DNA of 64,000 nt from Methanothrix sp. (GTDB lineage Archaea > Halobacteriota > Methanosarcinia > Methanotrichales > Methanotrichaceae). Below are positions 1 to 9,415 of the stretch, in pieces (the first letter of the stretch is position 1; each line of letters begins with the position of its first letter). Where the stretch lies: positions 224,001-288,000 of the forward strand of contig OY821645.1 of the NCBI GenBank assembly GCA_963682135.1. Direction: 5' to 3'. A program made the position numbers and the translations under genes. Below the pieces are notes generated by a model. The model had not been told where the DNA came from. It searched no databases and worked only from the letters and a program-made list of their open reading frames with translations.

Positions 1-5
1 GGCAA

Positions 6-995
6 TTGGATTCAATCAAGCTGGTGGATGGCAACGGCTCTGTGAGAGAGCTTGTCGGTGATGATCTGGGCAATCTTCCCAAGGAACTGGAGGTAGAGGT
101 AGGCTTAAAGAGATGGATACTATTTCTGCTGCTAATTCCGCTCCTGTTCATTGGACTTCTGTGCGTTATATACAGCAGGGGATCTAAAAAGATGCCTATC
201 TCCATGATATGGAAGGGATATGATGGTGCGACCAGTACCTCAAAATTGCAGTTCCTCCTCTGGACAGTGGCTGTATTGTATGCATATATTATAATAATAA
301 TTGATGCTTACTACAATCACAACATTGTCTCGATTGGTCTATCGATCCCTCAGAACCTTATCCTGGCTATGGGGCTTAGCGCAACTACTATGCTAGTGGC
401 AAAAGGAATATCCACCAACTATGCGGATACAAATAAGATCGATAAGTCCGACACAAGCAAGGGCGGCCTTTTCTTTGACGACGACGGCTATCCCGACCTG
501 GCAAAGATACAGCTCATGGCCTGGACGTTCGTTGGCATTGGCATCTTCCTCTTAAAGACCCTAAACGATGTCGTCGGATCAACCGGCGTATCTGCGCAGT
601 TACCTGATATCGATGGTACTCTCCTGGCATTGATGGGAATCGGCCAGGGTTCATACGTCGGCAAGAAGATCATCACAAAAGATGATCAGAGTGCACCGAG
701 TCTGGATTCGATCAGCAAGAGTGAGGGCAAACTTGATGATGATATAACAGTTACTGGTACGAATTTTGGAGATGAGCCCAGCAATTGTTTCATAACTATT
801 GGTGGCAAAAAGGTCAAGTTCACCACGGCTCCAATATGGAAAAAGGGCGAGGTCTCTTTCCGACTGAAAAATATCGACACCTCGGATGAAGAGAGCAAAA
901 AGGCTCTTCCTGATAAAGGAAAGATATTAATTGGCGTCATTGTCGGCAGCAAAGCCAGCGTGCAGGACAAGCCCTTCGAGATCACCTCTGCATGA
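6..995 (+). CDS. Membrane protein with C-terminal IPT/TIG domain (probably 5'-truncated by window)
   Basis: Several TM helices (STSKLQFLLWT, DLAKIQLMAWT, LLALMGIG) followed by IPT-like 'ITVTGTNFG'. Confidence 0.7.
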   Translation: MDSIKLVDGNGSVRELVGDDLGNLPKELEVEVGLKRWILFLLLIPLLFIGLLCVIYSRGSKKMPISMIWKGYDGATSTSKLQFLLWTVAVLYAYIIIIIDAYYNHNIVSIGLSIPQNLILAMGLSATTMLVAKGISTNYADTNKIDKSDTSKGGLFFDDDGYPDLAKIQLMAWTFVGIGIFLLKTLNDVVGSTGVSAQLPDIDGTLLALMGIGQGSYVGKKIITKDDQSAPSLDSISKSEGKLDDDITVTGTNFGDEPSNCFITIGGKKVKFTTAPIWKKGEVSFRLKNIDTSDEESKKALPDKGKILIGVIVGSKASVQDKPFEITSA

Positions 996-1063
996 TCTCT
1001 CAGAGATTAATATTTTTTATTAAAAAGAGGTTCGAGGAACTGTCGAATTGTGCCAGTCGCTAA

Positions 1064-1957
1064 TTAAATCATCTTGGTGACGATAAGCCTCCACTCCCTA
1101 CCATGAAGCTCAGCCGTTGTCCAGTAGCTCTCTTTGGTCACTGCTTTTCTATTGCCTTGCGTGACTATGAAGCTGTAGTACCCATGTCCCGATCTTGCGG
1201 CAATCATCTTCTCTCCTAAGGCCAAAAGGCTGGGGTACGGCTCGTAAAGGGGATCCTCGAATAGATACTTGCCAATCTGGCTGGCATCCCGGTCGTATGC
1301 TATTAGTCCATCTAAGTGCATTAACCAGAAGCTATAGTCGGTAATATTACTCCTATTATCGATATTGAAGTGTAGTTGGGGAGCTACCACGGCATTGAGC
1401 AACTTATCAGGTTCAATGATTGCGCTGATGCCTCCCAGGAACTCACCTTGTGGTGAGAATACCGGGTATGCCAGAGCTGTGCCGTTGTATCCTTCTGCCA
1501 GAAGGAACTGTTTGCTGAGCGTAGGGGTTTTGGTTTTCAGGACATGAGCTATATGTTCCTGGCTGCTTATATCTGCACCCTCACCGCCTTCGCATCCTCT
1601 GCACTCGGCTGCAATGATCTTCCCCTCTTTGTTGAAGGTCACTGCTTCGACCAGGTTCGAGTTGGTTTCCAATAGTCTGCGCAGGACCTCATCAGCTATG
1701 GCTCCCTCCAGGTCCGTTGCTGATAGATCACTGGATGCATTGGCTACGTCCAGGTCTACATCATTCAGGCTTCCCTGCACATCTGCCTGGATCTGGAGCA
1801 GCATGAAGAGCATATCTGCTGTAGTATTTAGGGCAGATACATTACCTTTTGTCGCATCCTGGCCAACAGCAAAGAACGTGCAAAAGAGCAGAGCAATGCC
1901 AAAAGCCAGACAGGCAAAACAAAATCTGCTTTTTACTGAATCTTTCTTTTTATTCAT
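1064..1957 (-). CDS. Exported stand-alone dCache-like sensor domain protein
   Basis: N-terminal signal/TM; YPVFSPQGEFLGGISA and W..IV Cache-like motifs; paralog at 49481. Confidence 0.75.
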   Translation of the reverse strand: MNKKKDSVKSRFCFACLAFGIALLFCTFFAVGQDATKGNVSALNTTADMLFMLLQIQADVQGSLNDVDLDVANASSDLSATDLEGAIADEVLRRLLETNSNLVEAVTFNKEGKIIAAECRGCEGGEGADISSQEHIAHVLKTKTPTLSKQFLLAEGYNGTALAYPVFSPQGEFLGGISAIIEPDKLLNAVVAPQLHFNIDNRSNITDYSFWLMHLDGLIAYDRDASQIGKYLFEDPLYEPYPSLLALGEKMIAARSGHGYYSFIVTQGNRKAVTKESYWTTAELHGREWRLIVTKMI

Positions 1958-1971
1958 TTATCGTCCACCTT

Positions 1972-2436
1972 TCAAATAAGACAGATCTGCCTGATCCACT
2001 CCATTATCTCGTCTCTGACCCTTCGGAAAGCCTCAAGCTGCTCCTCCTCCGAGCCTGCGGCTGCGGCTGGATCGGCAAAGCTTCTGTGGATGACCTCTCT
2101 TGCTCGGGGAGATTGGCTGGGCTGCTGCAGATGTGTGCTGCAAATCGGGCATGCCTGTTTGGCCTTGTCGCAGACAGTGACCGCCAGGTCGAAAATCGTA
2201 TCCTGAAATTCCTGGGCGGTTTTGGATCGCTGAGCGGAAATATCAATGCCGATTTCCGCCATGGCCCGTACTGCACGAGGATCGACAAAGGTAGCGGCAA
2301 CCCCGGCGCTGTAGGCCTCATATCGATTCGGATACATGGCCCGCAAGAGGCCTTCCGCCATCTGGGAGCGAGCCGAGTTGTGGGTGCAGAGAAAGAGAAC
2401 CTTCTTCTTTTCCTGATCTCTTGAGGTTGAAGCCAT
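1972..2436 (-). CDS. arsC: Thioredoxin-coupled arsenate reductase (LMW-PTP fold)
   Basis: FLCTHNSARSQMAE P-loop, TVC..ACP resolving cysteines, F.DP motif; ars context. Confidence 0.9.
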   Translation of the reverse strand: MASTSRDQEKKKVLFLCTHNSARSQMAEGLLRAMYPNRYEAYSAGVAATFVDPRAVRAMAEIGIDISAQRSKTAQEFQDTIFDLAVTVCDKAKQACPICSTHLQQPSQSPRAREVIHRSFADPAAAAGSEEEQLEAFRRVRDEIMEWIRQICLI

Positions 2437-2554
2437 CTTCTGTCTCAATGATCATCATAATAGATCAGCATTTTGATTGTTTCTCTGTCTGGATTTTTGG
2501 TAATCTTGCGGAGGCGATAACCTTGAAATGCTTCAATATCCTTTTTACTGGGGA

Positions 2555-2845
2555 ATGGCCAGAGACGGGCAAAAAGCGAGAGAAATCTTGCAGGAGATCG
2601 AGGCGCTCTCTATGATGCACGAGAGGATCACGCAGTCCTCGGAGTGCCGGGAGTTCAACCGACGCGCTGCTCTGCTGCTGGAGAGGCTGGAAGACGCAGG
2701 ACTGTCTCGGATGGCGGACAGAGCCATGGATCTTTTGGCCGCCTGCAATCCTAAGGATCTCTCCCAATGCGACAGTGTGCAGCGGGCCAGGGATATCCTG
2801 GAGAGGCTGAGAGTGCTGGCTGGGGGGTTAGCAAATGATAAATAA
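2555..2845 (+). CDS. Small helical hypothetical protein with three Cys
   Basis: Coding-like ORF divergent from arsC; ATG at 2555. Confidence 0.6.
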   Translation: MARDGQKAREILQEIEALSMMHERITQSSECREFNRRAALLLERLEDAGLSRMADRAMDLLAACNPKDLSQCDSVQRARDILERLRVLAGGLANDK

Positions 2846-2918
2846 GCATACGATAGGCAGCAGGGTTTTTATGACTTTAGAGATGAAGCCGAGGCGGAAA
2901 CGCTAAGCAGCCTCATCC

Positions 2919-4340
2919 TCACCACATCTTGTATCCCAGGTACCTCACTGCATAAATCAGCCCGATCACTATCACCGCCAGCCCGAAGATCTTGGTGACA
3001 TACTTTCCTGCCGAGATGTATTTCTCGCCGATCTGCCCGCCCACTGCTCGGGAAAAGGTGGCAATGGGAATTACAGGCACGCCATGTCCGACGCCGAAGA
3101 CGAAGAGCATCAGGCCGCCTGCCAGGGGCGTCACATTCTGAGAGATGAGCCAGATGAGCACGGGAAAGACCAGTGACACGGCACAGGGTGCCCAGCCCAG
3201 GGCAAAGAAGACCCCTAAAGCGAAAGCGCCGATGAAAGCCGAGTACTGGAAGAGGCCCATGGAGAAGTGAACCAGCCGCTCCATGATGCCCTTCTTCTCC
3301 ACCGCACAGTCTCCGGGAATAGCATCGGAATGGTCCTGATACACAGAGAGGCGGGAGCGCACCGGCTCGATTATCTCGCCAATGGGCTTGATGATATTGA
3401 TGCCCATGATTACCATCAGCAGCCCTGCGGCCAGGTCAAAGAAACGGGCCTGGCGGATGAAGACGCCGATGTCGGAGAGAAACAGCCCCACCAGGAAGAA
3501 GACCATGGCCATGCCCAGGGTGAAAGCCACCCCGATCATGAAGCCCTCCTTGGATGCGGAAGCGGACTTCTTGAGGTACTCCTCCTTCCTGCGGGCCGTC
3601 ATGACATAGGAGAACATGGCCAGGAGAAGGGCTACTGAGCAGGGAGAAAGAGAGGTTACAATGCCCAGGCCGAACATGCCCAGGTAGTTTACCCCCTGGC
3701 TACTGGCTGTGCCCGTGAATCCGGATGCAGAGGAGGAAGCTTCGCCTTGCTCCATGGAATACAGATCGCGGGATAGATTCTCTGCGCTCTGGATGCCGTC
3801 TATCTCTCCTTTGCCAAGCTGGTAGACGTGATAGAGGCCGGCCGCCTTTCCAGCTTTATCGATCAAAACAAGCGTGGGATTGGCAAAGCCGCCATCCAGG
3901 GTGGAGTAGTCGATATACTTGCCGCTTAGAGGGTAGGGCTCATAGTCTTCAATCCAGGGCCAGGTTACATTGATGTTCCACCAGGATTTGACCAGGGTGG
4001 GACCGTCTTTAGAGTAGGGATTCTTCCGGACATTGAGGGTTATGATATTTATGCCCGGATCATTTTGTGCCAGCAGGGAAAGCTGGTCGGTCTGAGCATT
4101 TAGAGCGTGCTCGCACTCCCTGCAGAGGGGGTTTTCAATGTTGGTGATATGCAAAAGGACGGCTTCTCCCCGAAAGTCGCTTAGAGATATACTCTTGCCA
4201 TTCTGGTCCACTGCCTGAAAGTTGGGAGCCGTCGCCTCCTGAGACAGGCAGGAGGGGGCGCACAAGAATAAGATCGAACAAAGGACAACAAAAAATTTGA
4301 CTGACCCTGATATCAGGGATTCTTTACATTTTATTGACAT
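2919..4340 (-). CDS. ccdA: Exported redoxin domain fused to CcdA/DsbD-type transmembrane domain
   Basis: Signal peptide, APNF..DQNG..LSDFRG redoxin start, CREC; TM domain with SPC and APC cysteines. Confidence 0.85.
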   Translation of the reverse strand: MSIKCKESLISGSVKFFVVLCSILFLCAPSCLSQEATAPNFQAVDQNGKSISLSDFRGEAVLLHITNIENPLCRECEHALNAQTDQLSLLAQNDPGINIITLNVRKNPYSKDGPTLVKSWWNINVTWPWIEDYEPYPLSGKYIDYSTLDGGFANPTLVLIDKAGKAAGLYHVYQLGKGEIDGIQSAENLSRDLYSMEQGEASSSASGFTGTASSQGVNYLGMFGLGIVTSLSPCSVALLLAMFSYVMTARRKEEYLKKSASASKEGFMIGVAFTLGMAMVFFLVGLFLSDIGVFIRQARFFDLAAGLLMVIMGINIIKPIGEIIEPVRSRLSVYQDHSDAIPGDCAVEKKGIMERLVHFSMGLFQYSAFIGAFALGVFFALGWAPCAVSLVFPVLIWLISQNVTPLAGGLMLFVFGVGHGVPVIPIATFSRAVGGQIGEKYISAGKYVTKIFGLAVIVIGLIYAVRYLGYKMW

Positions 4341-4371
4341 GGAAGCGATCCTATTATCTTAAAGTCCAGCA

Positions 4372-4905
4372 TCAAGGATTCCAGTCAGCGGAGTTTTCAT
4401 CATATTGGACTATGGCATCCTCCACATAATTTTTAACCCAATCATCGCCCGTGACCTCATCGGTGCTGTGCCAGACCGGAACGACTTCGCCTTCGGAATT
4501 GGGTGCCAGAGTTAACACAACGGTCAGAGGCACATACGTTTTGCCGCCATTGGGATCATAGGCCTGCAGGGTTTCCTCTGACCTGGCATCACTGCCATCA
4601 CCCATTATCTCGAAAAATGCGATCTGGCCTTTGAATTTTTCAGTAATATTTTGCACGGCCAGGGTCTGAGGCGTACAATAACTGCATGATTTGTGCACAT
4701 AGATAAGAACGGGCTTGTCTTTCAGGGCATCCAAAACCCAGGAAGGATGATTCACATCGCCGCCGGCGCCTGGGGACTGGTCTGGATAAGCCGTCCACCA
4801 GTCATCATTTCCCGCTCCTACAGAAGAGACCGCTCCCATAGCGTTAATGCCGGATGCCAAAAGGAGGATCGCAACCAAAGATGATATCTTCGTGATTATG
4901 TCCAT
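4372..4905 (-). CDS. Exported thioredoxin-fold protein
   Basis: Signal peptide from MDIIT (4905), CSYC motif, YVP cis-Pro loop. Confidence 0.8.
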   Translation of the reverse strand: MDIITKISSLVAILLLASGINAMGAVSSVGAGNDDWWTAYPDQSPGAGGDVNHPSWVLDALKDKPVLIYVHKSCSYCTPQTLAVQNITEKFKGQIAFFEIMGDGSDARSEETLQAYDPNGGKTYVPLTVVLTLAPNSEGEVVPVWHSTDEVTGDDWVKNYVEDAIVQYDENSADWNP

Positions 4906-5182
4906 TGAAATACACTCTCCACGTTGTTTATTATCTATTCCACACTCATTCCCAATGCCGGTAGAATCGACATTATTGGATATAAGTCTTTCGACTTTAT
5001 GATCTATATCGCCATACATCAAAAAATTATTGGACCAAATCCTAAAGGATTAACTATATTTCAGAGAGCTTATGTATTATCAATTGTTAATTCCAACTTG
5101 CCTGTTTTGTAAATGTATTATCGAATAAATTATATTAAATTAAAGACAGATGTCGTACTTGAGCTTAACAATATGACGGGAA

Positions 5183-5210
5183 AATTTTATATATCGAAAT
5201 AACTGGATAT
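5183..5210 (+). promoter_or_regulatory. TATA box with adjacent ATATC-N-GATAT inverted repeat (putative ArsR operator)
   Basis: aattttatatatcgaaataactggatat upstream of the microprotein-arsR operon; similar tatatatgaatagattgatat precedes the second arsR. Confidence 0.45.
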
Positions 5211-5247
5211 GGGTGTCCAAAGAGACCGGCCGTAAGGGCGGATTCAT

Positions 5248-5277
5248 GATGCATTAAGATGCATTAAATGCATTAAA
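5248..5277 (+). repeat. Tandem ATGCATTAA x3
   Basis: gatgcattaa gatgcattaa atgcattaa immediately before the RBS. Confidence 0.8.
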
Positions 5278-5290
5278 GGTGATCGCCAAA

Positions 5291-5443
5291 ATGATTCCTG
5301 TGAAATGTGAAATTTGCAGCAGAGAAGTAGAATCCCTCTTCATTGTCAGTCATAAAGCGAGAGGAAGAATAAGGATATGCGAGGGTTGTTTGAAGCAAGA
5401 AGAGCATAACCTTCTCTCTAAAAAAAGCTGCGATTGCTGTTAA
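5291..5443 (+). CDS. 50-aa Cys-rich microprotein (CxxC...CxxC...CDCC), missed by ORF track
   Basis: MIPVKCEICSREVESLFIVSHKARGRIRICEGCLKQEEHNLLSKKSCDCC*; GGTGA RBS upstream; first gene of the arsR operon. Confidence 0.75.
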   Translation: MIPVKCEICSREVESLFIVSHKARGRIRICEGCLKQEEHNLLSKKSCDCC

Positions 5444-5466
5444 GTGAGGTAAGTGAGGATCGATCC

Positions 5467-5847
5467 ATGACATGCATACCAAAAGAGGCTGTGGGCAGGA
5501 TGGCACGGCTGATTGGAGATGCCGATAAGGCTCTGTGCAAAGTCAATAAGCTGCGCTCCATTACCAGCAAGCTGGACGAAAAGGAAATAGAAGTTGAGGC
5601 GGAAATTTTCAAGGCCATGGCTGATCCCTGCCGCCTCAAGATCCTATCGCTTCTGCGGGAAGGCGAGCTATGCGTCTGCGAGATCATGGTCGGCGTGGAC
5701 AGACCACAATCCAGCACTTCCCACCACCTCTCCATCCTCAGAGATGCCGGGCTCATCAGAGAACGCAAGGACGGAAGATGGTCAAGATACAGGCTGTCCG
5801 AAGGCGCGGTAATTGAAATGCTCAATTTGGTGAAGCTATTGAAATGA
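5467..5847 (+). CDS. arsR: ArsR/SmtB transcriptional regulator
   Basis: FKAMADPCRLKIL, ELCVCEI, S.HL..LR.AGL motifs. Confidence 0.92.
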   Translation: MTCIPKEAVGRMARLIGDADKALCKVNKLRSITSKLDEKEIEVEAEIFKAMADPCRLKILSLLREGELCVCEIMVGVDRPQSSTSHHLSILRDAGLIRERKDGRWSRYRLSEGAVIEMLNLVKLLK

Positions 5848-5894
5848 AAATAATGTCCGAAAGATGCAACAATGCTTAAAAGAGGCAACCATCA

Positions 5895-6950
5895 ATGACA
5901 AAATTCAATACCATCGGAATTATGATAATTTTCTTGACAGCTTTGGCTCCCGCGGTGGACGCAGGCTGCAGCTGCGGTGGGGGCAACTGGGACCCCAGTG
6001 CTTTTCTGAACTCAGAGGATGGCACCGGCCAGACTGTACAGCACGACAGCACTCATAATGGCGCGGCGGGAAATTCAGGCAGCAGCGCGCAAAAACCGAT
6101 AGATTCGAAAGATCCGATAGATCGAGTGGCATCCTTCCCCAATGGTGCGCTATTCAAGGCCATGAAGAGCGTTTCCAGCTCAGATGTGGTAATGGACGTG
6201 TCCAACGAAAACAGCTATTCTACATCCCACATTAAGAATGCCATTCACATTCCGAGCATTGATTTCCTCAATAGTGCTGGCAATCTCAAGACTGGTGAAG
6301 AACTTGCCAAGATCCTGGGCGATGCCGGCATCTCCAGAGATGACTCCGTAGTCCTTTACACCGGCAAAGAGAGCTCAGGCGAGGCTGAATTTGCCTTCCT
6401 GGTGCTGCGCTATCTGGGACAGAAGGATGTGAGGCTTCTGGATGGAAACCTGGCTGACTGGAAGGCTGCCGGCCTGCCGGAAGAGGCCTCTGAGAAGGTG
6501 CTGCCTGCTAAAGAATACAATCCTTCGCTCAGGTCAGACATAATAGCCGAGTACCAATATGTGAAGTCCGGCCAGGCCCAGATAATAGACGTTCGGCCGT
6601 TCGTCGATTTTGGCAAAGGCCGCATACCCGGCTCTATTGCACTGGACCCGTCCAATGTGATCAAAGGAGATAAGCTCAAGACCAAAGCGGATTTGAGCAA
6701 TGTCTTTAGCAGGCTGGACAAAGAAAAGCCGATTGTGGTCTATTCCGATGATTATAGCCGGTCTGCTCTGGCCACGTTTGCTCTGCAGCTCATGGGATAT
6801 AAGGCCAGCATTTATACCTGGGGGGATTGGAAGGCCCACGAAGCATCAACTGAGAAGGCAGAGGCTGCACAGGTGCAGGCAGAGGCCGGGACCGCTCCCG
6901 CCGGCGGGAATGATGCCGTGTCTAAGTACACAAAGCTGGGCATGACGTGA
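5895..6950 (+). CDS. Exported tandem rhodanese-fold protein lacking catalytic Cys, with N-terminal CSC
   Basis: Signal peptide, HIKNAIHI and RIPGSI rhodanese motifs, LDGN.ADW; active-site loops YTGKESS and YSDDYSR. Confidence 0.85.
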   Translation: MTKFNTIGIMIIFLTALAPAVDAGCSCGGGNWDPSAFLNSEDGTGQTVQHDSTHNGAAGNSGSSAQKPIDSKDPIDRVASFPNGALFKAMKSVSSSDVVMDVSNENSYSTSHIKNAIHIPSIDFLNSAGNLKTGEELAKILGDAGISRDDSVVLYTGKESSGEAEFAFLVLRYLGQKDVRLLDGNLADWKAAGLPEEASEKVLPAKEYNPSLRSDIIAEYQYVKSGQAQIIDVRPFVDFGKGRIPGSIALDPSNVIKGDKLKTKADLSNVFSRLDKEKPIVVYSDDYSRSALATFALQLMGYKASIYTWGDWKAHEASTEKAEAAQVQAEAGTAPAGGNDAVSKYTKLGMT

Positions 6951-6987
6951 TTTCTTAAATTCTAATTGTTAATGGAGGGAAGATCAA

Positions 6988-8067
6988 ATGTCAAACAGTG
7001 TCAGCAAGGGCCTGGATTTCCTATCCCGCTACCTCACGATCTGGATCTTTGTGGCCATGTTTCTCGGCGTGGCCGTGGGCTACTATGCGCCGGAAATTAC
7101 CCGGTTCATCATAAGCTTACAGATCGGCACAACCTCAATTCCTATCGCCATCGGGCTAATTCTGATGATGTATCCGCCTCTGGCCAAGGTGAAGTATGAA
7201 GAGCTGGGAAGGGTCTTTCAAGACCGAAAGGTTCTCGGCCTTTCCCTGATACAGAACTGGATCATCGGCCCTATTCTGATGTTTGCGCTGGCGGTAATCT
7301 TCCTGAGGGATTATCCTCATCTCATGTACGGCATAATTCTCATCGGTCTGGCCCGCTGCATCGCCATGGTCATCGTCTGGAATGAGCTGGCTTGCGGCTG
7401 CACCGAGTACTGCGCCGCCCTGGTGGGGCTCAACTCCATCTTTCAGGTGCTCTTCTATTCCGTTTATGCTTATGTCTTCATCACAGTGCTGCCCGCTGCC
7501 CTGGGAATAGCTGAGGGAACGCTTGTCAATGTAACCATCTCCCAGATTGCCCAGAGCGTCTTCATCTATCTGGGCATACCCTTCCTGGCGGGCATAATCA
7601 CCAGATTCAGCCTGATCAAGGCCAGAGGAAGAGTCTGGTACGAGAAGGTCTTCATACCCAAAATCTCGCCCCTGACCCTCGTTGCCCTGCTCTTTACAAT
7701 TGTGGTGATGTTCTCACTGAAAGGCGACTACATCGTACAGCTTCCCCTGGATGTGGTGCGGGTGGCCGTGCCTCTGGCCATTTACTTCCTGGTCATGTTC
7801 TTTGTCAGCTTCTTCATGGCTTACAGGCTGGGGGTCAGCTACGAGAACACAGCCGCTCTATCGTTTACAGCGGCCAGCAACAACTTCGAACTGGCCATTG
7901 CCGTAGCTGTGGGCATCTTTGGCATCGCCTCCCAGGAGGCATTTGCTGCCGTCATCGGGCCGCTCATCGAGGTTCCCATGCTGATCATGCTGGTGAATGT
8001 GGCGTTGAAGCTGAAGGAGAGGTATTTTGTGGGGGATAGGGCGAGGTGCGAGAGCCGTAACGAATAG
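6988..8067 (+). CDS. acr3: Acr3 family arsenite efflux transporter
   Basis: [34 protein letters not shown]. Confidence 0.95.
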   Translation: MSNSVSKGLDFLSRYLTIWIFVAMFLGVAVGYYAPEITRFIISLQIGTTSIPIAIGLILMMYPPLAKVKYEELGRVFQDRKVLGLSLIQNWIIGPILMFALAVIFLRDYPHLMYGIILIGLARCIAMVIVWNELACGCTEYCAALVGLNSIFQVLFYSVYAYVFITVLPAALGIAEGTLVNVTISQIAQSVFIYLGIPFLAGIITRFSLIKARGRVWYEKVFIPKISPLTLVALLFTIVVMFSLKGDYIVQLPLDVVRVAVPLAIYFLVMFFVSFFMAYRLGVSYENTAALSFTAASNNFELAIAVAVGIFGIASQEAFAAVIGPLIEVPMLIMLVNVALKLKERYFVGDRARCESRNE

Positions 8068-8077
8068 AAAAGGATAT

Positions 8078-8791
8078 CTATTTTTTATAGCCCATCCAGC
8101 CGCCATAGAGAAATCCTGAAAAGTATTTGGACACTCTTGTGAAGCCCGCCGTTTCCAGCAATTCCATTATACGCCACTCTGGAACAAATTGGACTGTCTT
8201 CATAATAACTTCATTGAATATGTTTTCCACCGTCTCGCTTGGCACACCGCTGATAACCGGATAATTCTTCCAGGCCACCTTGATTTCCTCGAAATTTGTG
8301 CTGCCCGGCTCTCCAAAGCCGTCTATCAATACCAAAGGTGCACCATGCTTCAAGCGTTTAGATATACTCTCAAGTAGATTCAACTTGGCTCCGTCGTCTT
8401 TCAGGAAATGCATTACCAGAATGCAGGTGGCAGCGTCGAAAACCTCCCCCTCTTTCAGGTCATCAACATATCCTTTTCTTAATTCGATTTCGCCGGCCAG
8501 ATTCATTTTAGAGATCTTTTTTCCTGCAAGAGCCAGCATATCCGCAGAAGGATCAACGCCGCAAAACGACCATCCGGGATTCAAAGGAGCAAATTCCAAA
8601 ATTTCCATACCTGTGCCTATGCCTGCTACAAGAATTCTGGCCTGCTTGGGAAGTATGGCTCGCAGATAGCAGTGAGTCAGTTTAAATATCTCCTCGTAAG
8701 CCCCGCAAAATTGCCTGATGAACTTATCATATTCTTCAACATTCATCGGCGGTTTTTCATCGAAATTTCCGGCTTTGGGTAAATTGGCCAT
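8078..8791 (-). CDS. Class I SAM-dependent methyltransferase
   Basis: ILVAGIGTG, GVDPS..ML, FDAATCILVMHF. Confidence 0.85.
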   Translation of the reverse strand: MANLPKAGNFDEKPPMNVEEYDKFIRQFCGAYEEIFKLTHCYLRAILPKQARILVAGIGTGMEILEFAPLNPGWSFCGVDPSADMLALAGKKISKMNLAGEIELRKGYVDDLKEGEVFDAATCILVMHFLKDDGAKLNLLESISKRLKHGAPLVLIDGFGEPGSTNFEEIKVAWKNYPVISGVPSETVENIFNEVIMKTVQFVPEWRIMELLETAGFTRVSKYFSGFLYGGWMGYKK

Positions 8792-8839
8792 AACTGAAAC
8801 CTCTTGAGCATGCAGAGCTTAAACTTTGCCGAAGCGACG

Positions 8840-8935
8840 GGCATCGCTTCCCAGGAGGACTTAGCTGCGGTGATCGGGTCGATTATCGAGGTGCTGTATG
8901 TTGATCGGGTGATGTGAGGTAGGCAGAGATTGAAA
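8840..8935 (+). pseudogene. Degenerate duplicate of acr3 3' end
   Basis: Translates GIASQEDLAAVIGSIIEV versus Acr3 [18 protein letters not shown] (from 7921), then frameshifts and stops. Confidence 0.8.
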
Positions 8936-8945
8936 AATTAGAATT

Positions 8946-9203
8946 CTATCTTTGCTGCAACCGGGGCTTCCATTTCATGTTCATGTATAACCTTCCGCCC
9001 TCTAGCTCGTCGAGCATCTGATTGAGGCGCTTTGTCTTCGTGGCCTCAAGCTTTGCACGGGCAATCCAGCCGAGGTAATCGTTTTGCTGGTAGGGAGGAC
9101 GCATAAGATAAGCATCCATTAGCCCGCGCTCGTTAAGAGCATCTCGAACGAATTGTGTCATTGGATTCCTGGGACGTTTCAGTGTGCTTTTGGATTCGGA
9201 CAT
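8946..9203 (-). CDS. YdeI/OmpD-associated family protein
   Basis: RPPYQQNDYLGWI..AK..TK.KRL.QML.EL. Confidence 0.8.
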   Translation of the reverse strand: MSESKSTLKRPRNPMTQFVRDALNERGLMDAYLMRPPYQQNDYLGWIARAKLEATKTKRLNQMLDELEGGRLYMNMKWKPRLQQR

Positions 9204-9415
9204 GGCCTACCTCCACGGAGCTGACTCTGTGTTTCGGTTTCGTTTTGATATCATCGCGCTGGTCACCAGCACGAGAAGCCCATCAGATGATGATAGAATA
9301 TCAGTGCAACAGAGATCGCAGTAAGCTATTCGCTTCTGATCCATATAATTCTACTTACTATTCGGAACGAAGGCTATGAATCCATCTCATGTCACTGTCC
9401 ATGGCCATCACCCTA

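Noticed and set aside
8078-8791. ArsM arsenite methyltransferase
   Set aside because: Lacks the ArsM GCG motif and conserved Cys pattern; opposite strand to acr3
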